From positions 1-60,367 of IMG/VR virus record IMGVR_UViG_3300016466_000235: DNA of 60,367 nucleotides, one strand, 5' to 3'. This DNA is from a virus (Duplodnaviria; Caudoviricetes). Position numbers and translations under genes: made by a program. Below, piece by piece: positions 47,793 through 55,882 of this stretch (position 1 is its first letter; each line of letters starts with the position of its first letter). The notes under the pieces are model-generated. The model was not told where the DNA came from, made no database searches, and worked only from the letters and a program-made list of their open reading frames with translations.

Positions 47793-48604
47793 GTGCTCTC
47801 CTTTATAAGGTCTACATCTTGCTCGTTGCTCGGGATACCCTGACCACTCTGTACAAGTATTTGCCTATATGCGTTCCTTTCTTTGTAGAGATGTTTGTAA
47901 TAAGCTTCCTTAAATGCTTTGAAAGTAAAATCACGTAGGCTTGGGGAGTCTAACTGTCTTTCAACTGCCCACTGCCTCCAATTAGCACTGCTACTAAGCT
48001 GCCTTACATCTTTTGCTGCCATGAAAGCGCACATCTTCTCTAGTGGGTCGTTGATTGTATTTAGCCTGACTGACTCCCCACGATACTGCTTCAGCATATT
48101 TATCAGTTCACCGGTAGATGAATTCATAAAGTAAGTCTTCATCAAGGTTATCTCTTCCTTGACAGAGTCCCGCACCGCTTTAGTCTTTGCGCGGTCGATC
48201 ACAGATACCGCAAGATGGTACTTAGAACTGTGGTGCACCTCACCCGTGTCTAGATGCACGCGCAGTCCGTTAAAGATCACATGCGTCTTGTCCCTCACAT
48301 ACGCCATGTCTCTGTGGTCCTGAAGACGGGTATAAAAGGATGGGAACAAACGATGGAGCATCATGTGTGCATCGCCACCATACCCGTTGGGGGCAATGAA
48401 CTCAAAGGTCCAGTCTTTGTGCAGTTTGCCGAGTACATTGCTGTAGAGTTTTATCTCAATGTAACCATCATGAACGATGTACTTGCGGTGTGAGTAGTCC
48501 CGTTTCCCCAACGGATACTCATTTTTTGTGCCCCGATACGGTGTCTTGGCATCCTTCAAAAATTCTTCGTACGTTTTACGTTTTACGATGTCGTTGTAAG
48601 CCAT
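47789..48604 (-). CDS. hypothetical protein
   Basis: 271 aa; GGAGG RBS. Confidence 0.75.
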   Translation of the reverse strand: MAYNDIVKRKTYEEFLKDAKTPYRGTKNEYPLGKRDYSHRKYIVHDGYIEIKLYSNVLGKLHKDWTFEFIAPNGYGGDAHMMLHRLFPSFYTRLQDHRDMAYVRDKTHVIFNGLRVHLDTGEVHHSSKYHLAVSVIDRAKTKAVRDSVKEEITLMKTYFMNSSTGELINMLKQYRGESVRLNTINDPLEKMCAFMAAKDVRQLSSSANWRQWAVERQLDSPSLRDFTFKAFKEAYYKHLYKERNAYRQILVQSGQGIPSNEQDVDLIKEST

Positions 48605-48605
48605 A

Positions 48606-49874
48606 TTAGCCCTCCATTAGAACTTTTTTGCCAACAGGAACTTCCAGTCCTTTGTTCTGCGTCACAAGCCAGAGCACAGGCGCTTGGTGTTCCCACTTGA
48701 TGTTGTTCTCCACATAACCGTCCGTGAAGACGATCACACACTCTGCGGAGATGTTTTTGTTATTTAAGAATTTACTTACACATGAAACCTTAGTTCCGCC
48801 ACCACCGACGGGCTTCAACATACCTGCAATACCAGCGTATGAACCAGTGAAGACCTGCTCGCCATGAACCTTTGCGTCCCACCAGACAACACGAACTTTC
48901 TCAGGTTCGACCGTCTCGCAAATCGAGACCAGTTCTGTAGCGAACGCGGTCAGCTCTGGCCCACCAATAGAACCGCTAGTGTCGATTGCCACCACGATCT
49001 CGCCCACAGTCTCGTTGTATGTAGATGGCATGTAGACATCATTTGCCACCAGACGACGATTGAATTTACGCCATGTATATTCTGACTTGCCTACTGTGTA
49101 TGAGGAGATAAAGTCTCTCAACACTTCGCGCCAATCGACCTTGACCTCAAGAAGACCATCAATGGCACGGTTAGTCTTACCTCCCAACACACCAGCCAAG
49201 ATCGCACCTTGACGCAACACGCGGTCGATGTCCGCGTCAATCTCTTTCTCGTCATAGTCTTTCGCGGACTCATAGTCGTGCTCATCAATTGAGTCACTAT
49301 CCATCAGGTCATCAATGTCGGTAGGCTTCGGTGGGTGGTTATTTTGCATTTCACCCTCACCTGAATCACTATCTTGCGGCTTACCTTTGCCTCTACCCGG
49401 ACCATTACCATCCTCAGGTTTTTCTTTCTTCTTCTTGCGCAGATAGTCATACACTTGTTGCATCGACCAGCCACGGAACATCTCATTCCATAGCGCTCCT
49501 GGTGGTAGCTGGATTGAGTTATCGTTCAGCAAGAAGATCATATCGTTGACAACAAAGTCTGCTGCCATGTTGGCGAGTCGTCGATCTTCCTTGAACATAG
49601 CCTTGCCACGGAGTATGTGGCGAAAGAACACATGACCATTCTCGTGCATGATCAAACCATTGAGTTGCTCGTCGGTTAGTTTCTGCATGAACTTGTAGCC
49701 ATACCGTTTATTGAGTCCGTCGGTATATGCGGTTGGAACATCCATCTCAACCGATGACTTACCCAACAAGATCACGCCAGACAGAAGCATGACCTTAGGG
49801 TTCTTCAGCAACGCAACGTGTGCTCTCTCAAGTCTCTGCTTCTGCATCAGTAAATCTAATTCTGCTTTACCCAT
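48606..49874 (-). CDS. DUF2201-type metallopeptidase-vWA protein
   Basis: TAYTDG, HENGH (HExxH), N.AAD..VN, MIDAS DTSGS, GGGGT, FTDG. Confidence 0.88.
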   Translation of the reverse strand: MGKAELDLLMQKQRLERAHVALLKNPKVMLLSGVILLGKSSVEMDVPTAYTDGLNKRYGYKFMQKLTDEQLNGLIMHENGHVFFRHILRGKAMFKEDRRLANMAADFVVNDMIFLLNDNSIQLPPGALWNEMFRGWSMQQVYDYLRKKKKEKPEDGNGPGRGKGKPQDSDSGEGEMQNNHPPKPTDIDDLMDSDSIDEHDYESAKDYDEKEIDADIDRVLRQGAILAGVLGGKTNRAIDGLLEVKVDWREVLRDFISSYTVGKSEYTWRKFNRRLVANDVYMPSTYNETVGEIVVAIDTSGSIGGPELTAFATELVSICETVEPEKVRVVWWDAKVHGEQVFTGSYAGIAGMLKPVGGGGTKVSCVSKFLNNKNISAECVIVFTDGYVENNIKWEHQAPVLWLVTQNKGLEVPVGKKVLMEG

Positions 49875-49883
49875 ATACCCTCC

Positions 49884-50990
49884 TTAGAGCATGTGATGGT
49901 TGTTAACTGCCCAGTTAGCCACGTCCTTGTTGACACGGGCAAACTTGGCTCGGGGACTACGCAACAGACATACAAACCAAATCGCTTGAATCTCGTGACT
50001 CTTGATGCGATTCACAAACTTCTGAAACGCAGTGAGTTTTTCTTGCCCGTCGATATGATCCAAAGCTTGGAATATCATCAGAAGCAACGCGGCAACGTCC
50101 TCATCTTTCGGCATGGTTACACCCTCGGGGTCCTTGAAGACATCAATAATCGGTGTCACCTTGTCCTGAAGTGATATGAACGCCATCATGTCACGGGCGG
50201 CTCGCTCGCCCACAGTGCCAGAAAGTAATCCAAGAGTGACTGCCTCAGACAATTGCTTCCTGACAACATGATCTGCCTTCTCCAACGAACGGGGAGAAAC
50301 AAACGACGTAGACTGCTTGTTTGGCATGAAGATATACGGATTCTCTTGCTGATCTGCGTCCATGTAAGACATAAGCATCCGTGGGTACATCGCCACAGTT
50401 GCACGGGTGACTGCACTGATGCCATTCTCGTCTGCCCACTTCAACCACTCCTTGAGCTTGGGCTTCTCCATGCGGACAATTGTGAGTCGGTTCGCAGTAT
50501 GCGCAGGTAGAACATCGCCCACACCATCCGACGCATTGTTAGAAGTCGCAAACACAATCGAACTCTCAGGCAACGGCACATCGCCTACAGTCCGCTCAAG
50601 ATACATGCGGGTGTAGATCGGCTGCATGAGCTTGGGAACCTTGAGTGCCTCGTCGATCATGATGACCTTGGGTCGTGGGTTACCCATGTTGAACACGCTA
50701 GCGACATAGTACTCAAGCGCCTTCGTATCGTGGTTCGGAATGGACGCGGCAATGTCCATCATCTCTTTGTTAGGACCGTCGATGTAGACATAGTCATACT
50801 TGTCTGTTTCGTAGTTGTCGCCCGGCCGTCTCCACTGATCTCCGTTATCAATGGCAATCTGTTTGAGGATAGAACTCTTACCGCATCCGGGCTCGGACAT
50901 CACCATGATTGTGTTGGTCGTACCGATCTGTTTGATAGCCTCAGTGACTTGCTCGATGGTGAGGGTGGGGTGGGTGTTGATTGCTGACAT
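49884..50990 (-). CDS. MoxR-like AAA+ ATPase
   Basis: Walker A EPGCGKS, Walker B MIDE, ATSN, NR, SPRS. Confidence 0.88.
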   Translation of the reverse strand: MSAINTHPTLTIEQVTEAIKQIGTTNTIMVMSEPGCGKSSILKQIAIDNGDQWRRPGDNYETDKYDYVYIDGPNKEMMDIAASIPNHDTKALEYYVASVFNMGNPRPKVIMIDEALKVPKLMQPIYTRMYLERTVGDVPLPESSIVFATSNNASDGVGDVLPAHTANRLTIVRMEKPKLKEWLKWADENGISAVTRATVAMYPRMLMSYMDADQQENPYIFMPNKQSTSFVSPRSLEKADHVVRKQLSEAVTLGLLSGTVGERAARDMMAFISLQDKVTPIIDVFKDPEGVTMPKDEDVAALLLMIFQALDHIDGQEKLTAFQKFVNRIKSHEIQAIWFVCLLRSPRAKFARVNKDVANWAVNNHHML

Positions 50991-51011
50991 ATGGCTCTCC
51001 TATTTAGTAGT

Positions 51012-51899
51012 TCACGAAAGGGTGACACCGAACTTAGACAGAATGCTATCCATGCCATCTTTGACGGATGACCGGACTGCCTCGCTATCTCGGATATCTT
51101 CTGCGGATAGATCGCCAATGACTGCTTGCGCCTCCTTACGCATGGCTTCTAGGGTTTCGTCCTGAGTGATGTTGAAGTGGCCTAGCATGTTAATAAGCTC
51201 TTTGAGGGAAGAAATAGTTGATTCATAAACTTTCGGCTTACGCTTGCCTTCCTCCGTTGGGTCCGAACACGCGTGAGCGATTCGCTTGATGTAGTCAAGT
51301 AATTGTTCCGACGCATCTCGCATCGCGTTCTGGATGGTCTCTTGTGCTGTGTTCTCATAGTGGGTTTTCAAATCCTCTGCAATGTCGTTGGCGATAGCGA
51401 CCCTGAAGTCTGACTCAGGGACGGGCATGACTGATAGGCGCATAGCGAACCTACTACCGATCTCGTTCACACTAGGGTAGTCCTCCTTCTGAAACAGATC
51501 GCCCTGCTTGAACGCCATCTCTGCCACGATGTCTGGATAGCGGTTCACGAACTCCTGAACCAATTCCTTGTGGTCCTGCTCATGCTTGGCCCACTCTGCT
51601 TTGAACTTCTCCAGCCGAATGAACGGCAACAGACGATTGGACCCGCACCAGTCATAGGTCCAGCGCTTCATCCAGTTGTATACAGTCTGGCGATGTAGCA
51701 ATAGTTTCTTGTGGGTTGCATCACCTGCCAGCAAATTCTTAACGAACCTGCCCGCATCCTTGTGCGCTTTGTATGCGTCTGTAACTTCACCAGAGATAGC
51801 GCGGTCTTGCTTTGTTGCTGACCAGACATTGACCTCTACATTGACTACCACCGACGCGCTTGCCAGCGAGATTAGGTGGTTATGTTTTTTCAGTTCCAT
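51012..51899 (-). CDS. DUF3150-like helical protein accompanying the AAA+/vWA pair
   Basis: WSATK.D...KNLL...R.LP...FV..YP...DYP....RF...N.T.D..LE. Confidence 0.6.
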   Translation of the reverse strand: MELKKHNHLISLASASVVVNVEVNVWSATKQDRAISGEVTDAYKAHKDAGRFVKNLLAGDATHKKLLLHRQTVYNWMKRWTYDWCGSNRLLPFIRLEKFKAEWAKHEQDHKELVQEFVNRYPDIVAEMAFKQGDLFQKEDYPSVNEIGSRFAMRLSVMPVPESDFRVAIANDIAEDLKTHYENTAQETIQNAMRDASEQLLDYIKRIAHACSDPTEEGKRKPKVYESTISSLKELINMLGHFNITQDETLEAMRKEAQAVIGDLSAEDIRDSEAVRSSVKDGMDSILSKFGVTLS

Positions 51900-51908
51900 A
51901 AGTCCTCC

Positions 51909-52085
51909 TTAAAAGGTAAAAGTAACGGCAATGACAAACCAAACAAACGCGAGCACAACCAACGCGGCAATGCCTTCCATCAAGTACTGATGCCACGCGA
52001 CACGGTCTTCTTCGATCTTTTGCTGCTCTTCTTCTAGAAGAATATGCGAGTAGTCGTCCTGCTCCCAGTCAAGCGGTGGTTTCAT
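51909..52085 (-). CDS. small membrane protein
   Basis: C-terminal TM; start placed after GGGAG. Confidence 0.55.
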   Translation of the reverse strand: MKPPLDWEQDDYSHILLEEEQQKIEEDRVAWHQYLMEGIAALVVLAFVWFVIAVTFTF

Positions 52086-52086
52086 T

Positions 52087-52275
52087 TTATGGTCTCCCTC
52101 TTGAATCAACCCACCCCATACCGACATAGTCGGATGGGTCTTCGTACTCCTCATCTTGGCTCACCTGCTTATCGTCCTTTGCGGCAGACTCATAGGCGGC
52201 ATTCAACTCGTTCACTTCTTGCATGAACTTGGCTAGTTCATCCTCGGTCATGTTGTCTCGGTATTTCATATTCAT
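52087..52275 (-). CDS. small acidic protein
   Basis: Ends in YVGMGWVDSRGRP. Confidence 0.6.
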   Translation of the reverse strand: MNMKYRDNMTEDELAKFMQEVNELNAAYESAAKDDKQVSQDEEYEDPSDYVGMGWVDSRGRP

Positions 52276-52484
52276 CTCACCAACCCTCCTTTGTTGTTAA
52301 GACCTGCCAAGTCGTGCAAGTCTGTGATCAGCATGTAATTGCTCTTGTGCATCGGTGCTACGCACCAATGTGCTCGCTTTTGTTTTGCTACTTCTTCACC
52401 ACACAATAAACAGGTGTGATACCCCAACTCCCACCTGCCTTTTGTCATGTATTCACCACACATAACGCATTGCTCATTCATCAT
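52272..52484 (-). CDS. C4 Zn-finger protein (DksA/TraR-like finger)
   Basis: CVMCGE....R..LG...CLLCG. Confidence 0.65.
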   Translation of the reverse strand: MMNEQCVMCGEYMTKGRWELGYHTCLLCGEEVAKQKRAHWCVAPMHKSNYMLITDLHDLAGLNNKGGLVR

Positions 52485-52945
52485 TTTTCTCCATGAAAAG
52501 GTTCACTGTTGTATTGCGATTCACAGGGAGGTGAACTTTTCTCTATCTCCCGTCGGCATACGATGTCGATCACCTCAAACGCATACAACCCGTGGTAGTT
52601 GTGCTCGATGTCGTCGTCGTTTTCCCCCAACCGCAAGAAGATATAATTGGCAGTCGGGAACTCGTCCTTGTCAGACACCACCTCCAACAGTCGGATGTGC
52701 TGACTTACCCACTCGTAGTCCGGGTACCACTTAATGTGGTCGGCATACAATGTCAGCGTCTGCTTCTCGTCGTTCATGTAGAACTGCCCTTCGGAGTCGT
52801 TCTGCCCAACTCCTGCGGCAATGGTGTTGAACCGAGGGTCCGCCAATAACATCATTGCAAACTTGTGGTAGTCGGCAAATGACCGGTCGGGGTTCTCGGG
52901 GTCGTGGAAACAAATCTCGTAAGCAACTTCTGATCGGTAACCCAT
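52481..52945 (-). CDS. hypothetical protein
   Basis: MGYRSEV...KWY...RLGE..DD.E; GGAGGAG RBS. Confidence 0.75.
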   Translation of the reverse strand: MGYRSEVAYEICFHDPENPDRSFADYHKFAMMLLADPRFNTIAAGVGQNDSEGQFYMNDEKQTLTLYADHIKWYPDYEWVSQHIRLLEVVSDKDEFPTANYIFLRLGENDDDIEHNYHGLYAFEVIDIVCRREIEKSSPPCESQYNSEPFHGEK

Positions 52946-52949
52946 GGCT

Positions 52950-53129
52950 TCACTCCTCCGTGAATTGATATTTAAGGATGTCCGCGAAGAAGTACTTCAG
53001 TTCTTCATCTTCTATAACATCATCAAAATAACGGGGTGAGTAGTTGCGAACTTTTGGCTTATGCTCGCGCTTGTGTTTACGCTCAAGAATGACGCGGTCG
53101 GCTTTGGACTTGATCTGATTGTGTTTCAT
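52950..53129 (-). CDS. 59-aa first gene of the early operon, absent from the ORF track
   Basis: AAGGAGAGCATC RBS; MKHNQIKSKADRVILERKHKREHKPKVRNYSPRYFDD...FTEE. Confidence 0.65.
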   Translation of the reverse strand: MKHNQIKSKADRVILERKHKREHKPKVRNYSPRYFDDVIEDEELKYFFADILKYQFTEE

Positions 53130-53421
53130 TTGATGCTCTCCTTTAAGTGTGTTGGTGCAGAATGCACCCAGAGGGACATGCTCCTACCATGCCCCTGAAG
53201 TTGGACTCTGCTACGCATAGGTCTACGCTTTTTGTCCCCTGCTTTTTTGGCAGTCACCTGTAGGTGAAAGGTTAAGGACCGAGTGAGGTCTGAATTGCCG
53301 GTCCAGATGTGCGCACCGCCAACCATCGGGCGATGACGCTCTCACTCTCACATGCCGGTACTGCTCGGGGATATGACTCCCCTACGCCTACGGCACGGCT
53401 GGTTGCTCCAACCAGCAAACC

Positions 53422-53454
53422 AAATTGTTAAAGAACGATTCACCAGAAGGTGAA
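53422..53454 (-). promoter_or_regulatory. rrn-type boxA antitermination site preceded by a boxB-position hairpin
   Basis: Minus strand reads TTCACC-TTCT-GGTGAA then CGTTCTTTAACAATTT. Confidence 0.75.
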
Positions 53455-53496
53455 CTACTAAACAACGACACAACAACTTACTGCTACTACAATAAT

Positions 53497-53505
53497 ATTA
53501 TAACA
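53497..53505 (-). promoter_or_regulatory. extended -10 promoter of the main early operon
   Basis: TGTTATAAT on the minus strand, about 45 nt upstream of the boxB/boxA element. Confidence 0.65.
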
Positions 53506-53569
53506 CATAATGGGGAATAAGGAAGGCCGTTATCTGACTTTTTTTCGTAGAGCTGCAGGTTAGAAGAGG

Positions 53570-53920
53570 TTCCGAATTTTTGGGGCTGGAACAGGGTCAT
53601 TGGAACACTGGAACGCAGATTTTCAGGGGGGTGTAGTTCGCTAAGTTGTTGATTTATATATATAAATATATTTATTATTATTAAGAAGAGAGAGAAAAAA
53701 GCTGCGTGTTCCAATGTTCCAGTGTTTTTGAAGCGTCGGGGGGTTTTGGGCTTTTTTTGCTTGATGAACTTTGCAGTCTGCAAAAGCTTCTCTTCTTCTC
53801 TGCCAACCCCTGTGTTCTCTAAAAACCCCGGAACATTGGAACTTTGGAACGCGGAGCAAAAAAGTTGTTTTAAATCAATACTTTGCTGTGTTCCAGTAAA
53901 ACCCGGTTTTCGTTCCACGG
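53570..53920. promoter_or_regulatory. candidate replication origin: TGGAAC iterons, AT-rich tract, two IHF sites
   Basis: Convergent TGGAAC/GTTCCA clusters around WATCAANNNNTTR matches at 53642-53654 (-) and 53873-53885 (+). Confidence 0.55.
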
Positions 53921-54003
53921 ACGCTGTTTAGTGGTTCACCTAGACCTGAACGGCTAATTACGCGGCTAGCCCTGCAAAAAAGACTTGCACTTAGCCAAAA
54001 AAA

Positions 54004-54029
54004 GTGATACGCTGCACGCAGCGTATCAC
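54004..54029. repeat. perfect 12-bp inverted repeat
   Basis: GTGATACGCTGC-AC-GCAGCGTATCAC. Confidence 0.85.
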
Positions 54030-54109
54030 CTGACGGACTCGGCACACGCGCGCACAACGGCGCTCCAGCACGCGCGCACAAACATATAACTGGTCTCAAA
54101 TGGCGGGCG

Positions 54110-54141
54110 AAAAAAAACCCCGCTGACCGAAGTCAGCGGGG
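54110..54141 (-). terminator. intrinsic terminator
   Basis: CCCCGCTGAC-TTCG-GTCAGCGGGG followed by T8 on the minus strand. Confidence 0.9.
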
Positions 54142-54148
54142 TGAAGTA

Positions 54149-54811
54149 CTACTTCATTTTAAGCTTAAACGCTGCAATCGCGGCGTCCAGTTTGGTGAGG
54201 TCCACTGTCGTGTCACCTCGCGCTTTCGCGTTGACTGCCCTCTGCCTGATCACTGCTAGTTCTGCCTTGGCAGGGTTAGTGCCTCCGGTCATTAGCCAAT
54301 CGGTGAAGTCCAGAGTCGCACCTCGTGTCTGCTGAATGTTGTTGTCGATGCGGTATAAGCGCTTTGCCTCATTCAGCAGTGCCTTGCGACAGTTCGAAGC
54401 ATACTTGCTAAACGCGCTCCGAAGTCCGCCGATCAGTTCGTGCTTTGCAGGGTCAGTAGACTTCAGTCCCCCATACGCTTGCTGGGTGTAGGACATAGCC
54501 GCGAAAATCGACAGTTCGAACTTTTCTAAAACAGAGTCCTTTTTCTTGGTGATGTCGCATGAACGGACCCAGTTTTTATCCACAAGGGAATACTCAATCG
54601 CGGGATGGCGCTCATTGTATGCGAGCATATAACCCTGATTCAGTTCTTCCGTGACTTCATCACTGAACTTGAAATTGTCAGTTCCAAGTCCGGGAATCAG
54701 TCGCATCATGGCGCGAATATTGGAATCTGACACGCCTTTGATAATTCCCTGCTGACGGGCGCCGTCTTTGATTGAGTGAACTTCGGTGTTTAAAACAATG
54801 TCGTGAGACAT
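54149..54811 (-). CDS. early hypothetical protein
   Basis: Start placed at ATG 54811 after GAAAGG; followed by a terminator. Confidence 0.7.
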   Translation of the reverse strand: MSHDIVLNTEVHSIKDGARQQGIIKGVSDSNIRAMMRLIPGLGTDNFKFSDEVTEELNQGYMLAYNERHPAIEYSLVDKNWVRSCDITKKKDSVLEKFELSIFAAMSYTQQAYGGLKSTDPAKHELIGGLRSAFSKYASNCRKALLNEAKRLYRIDNNIQQTRGATLDFTDWLMTGGTNPAKAELAVIRQRAVNAKARGDTTVDLTKLDAAIAAFKLKMK

Positions 54812-54988
54812 GGTATTACCTTTCATAGAAAACCGGAATCCGTCCGGCGCGGTAGTAAAACTATCCCATAATACAGTCAAATTAGATAGGGTTTCAGGAG
54901 AGGGTGAAGCATAAAATAGCCATCTTACCCGCGCGCACGCGCCCGCCTAAGCCCGCCCGCACCCATACATAACTGGTATCAAAAGGGT

Positions 54989-55016
54989 TACACCCAAGGC
55001 CGAAGCCCTGGGTGTG
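54989..55016 (-). terminator. UUCG hairpin/terminator after the early cassettes
   Basis: CACACCCAGGGC-TTCG-GCCTTGGGTGTA on the minus strand. Confidence 0.6.
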
Positions 55017-55022
55017 ATGGTG

Positions 55023-55241
55023 CTAGATGTTGATGATGAAGACCTTGGTGCAACGGGAAAAGCGGAAGGTGATGGCCGTGAAGCCGTCATGCTTGAGATC
55101 ACGCAGTTGCGCCTTATTCACATAGCCGCCGTGGCTGATGTGGTTGACCATGAAGTCCTTGTTGGCGTCCCAATCTGCAAGCACTGCGGCCTTGGACTTG
55201 TAGTCGCGTCCGTATGCGGGGGTGAGGGTGATGGTGTTCAT
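55023..55241 (-). CDS. early cassette gene
   Basis: GGAGAGCATT-ATG; LTPAYGRDYKSK..V.ADW...KDF. Confidence 0.7.
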   Translation of the reverse strand: MNTITLTPAYGRDYKSKAAVLADWDANKDFMVNHISHGGYVNKAQLRDLKHDGFTAITFRFSRCTKVFIINI

Positions 55242-55281
55242 AATGCTCTCCAAGAAAAGGGGGCCGAAGCCCCGGGGTTTA
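55239..55281 (-). repeat. cassette spacer copy 1 (stop-UUCG hairpin-RBS-ATG)
   Basis: Near-identical to 55408-55451. Confidence 0.85.
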
Positions 55282-55410
55282 AAGGTCCAGCCAAAGTGAT
55301 TCATCAGGAACGCGTCTAGCTAACTCTAGCTCTCTAGGGAACAGATCTAACTGAACGAACCCGTAGAGTTTGTAGTGCAACATCTGACCAAGCGTGAGTG
55401 ATGTATCCAT
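55279..55410 (-). CDS. early cassette gene, 43 aa
   Basis: GGAGAGCATC-ATG; MDTSLTLGQMLHYKLYGFVQLDLF... Confidence 0.55.
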   Translation of the reverse strand: MDTSLTLGQMLHYKLYGFVQLDLFPRELELARRVPDESLWLDL

Positions 55411-55451
55411 GATGCTCTCCAAGAAAGGGGGCCGAAGCCCCCGAGGGTTTA
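55408..55451 (-). repeat. cassette spacer copy 2
   Basis: TAAACCCTCGGGGGCTTCGGCCCCCTTTCTTGGAGAGCATCATG. Confidence 0.85.
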
Positions 55452-55634
55452 GCGATTGCGTTCTACTACGCATTCGCCACGGGCCTGAATGATCTTGTTG
55501 GACCAGACGGGTTTGACCACACACAGGACATCGTGGCGTGGGTACTTGAACATCCAAGCGATGGCTTCGGACTTGGACCAAGATTTGTGCTCGTGGGTCT
55601 TGTTGCCCCACTGCACGAGGGTGCGATACATCAT
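55449..55634 (-). CDS. early cassette gene, 61 aa
   Basis: GGAGAGCATC-ATG; ends exactly at spacer copy 2. Confidence 0.65.
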   Translation of the reverse strand: MMYRTLVQWGNKTHEHKSWSKSEAIAWMFKYPRHDVLCVVKPVWSNKIIQARGECVVERNR

Positions 55635-55687
55635 GATGCTCTCCTATAAGGTTGGGAAATATGGCAACACCGCGTTGCCATGACTAA

Positions 55688-55717
55688 ATTATGTCTTAAA
55701 AGAAGGGGGAATATCAA
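55688..55717 (-). promoter_or_regulatory. sigma70-like promoter for the early cassettes
   Basis: TTGATA-18 bp-CATAAT, then 5' hairpin ATGGCAAC/GTTGCCAT (55661-55681). Confidence 0.55.
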
Positions 55718-55846
55718 GCCTTTCGACCCATGGTGACCCCACCTACCCCCCACCCCCCGGACGGCCCAGATGGGACCCGGCCCCACCCCCTACCCCGTAA
55801 TCCACACAAATAATCCGCAAAATTTCAAAATATCAGAAACCCCCCC

Positions 55847-55874
55847 TTGCTCTTTTTGGTTCCATATGTAAAAT
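55847..55874 (+). promoter_or_regulatory. promoter of the packaging/late operon
   Basis: TTGCTC-16 bp-TAAAAT, ending 8 nt before the ATG. Confidence 0.5.
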
Positions 55875-55882
55875 GAGCCTCC

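Noticed and set aside
53126-53326. 66-aa minus-strand ORF in the early leader
   Set aside because: No clear SD, and it overlaps strong RNA hairpins; treated as UTR, though a leader peptide cannot be excluded.
53487-54099. ORF-track calls 53487..53918, 53641..53859, 53722..53931 and 53875..54099
   Set aside because: They cross low-complexity iteron/AT-rich DNA, lack RBSs and give implausible proteins.
55239-55451. Spacer repeats as a CRISPR or TIGR array
   Set aside because: Only two full copies, separated by an ORF with RBS and stop; no Cas or Nop-domain protein recognised.
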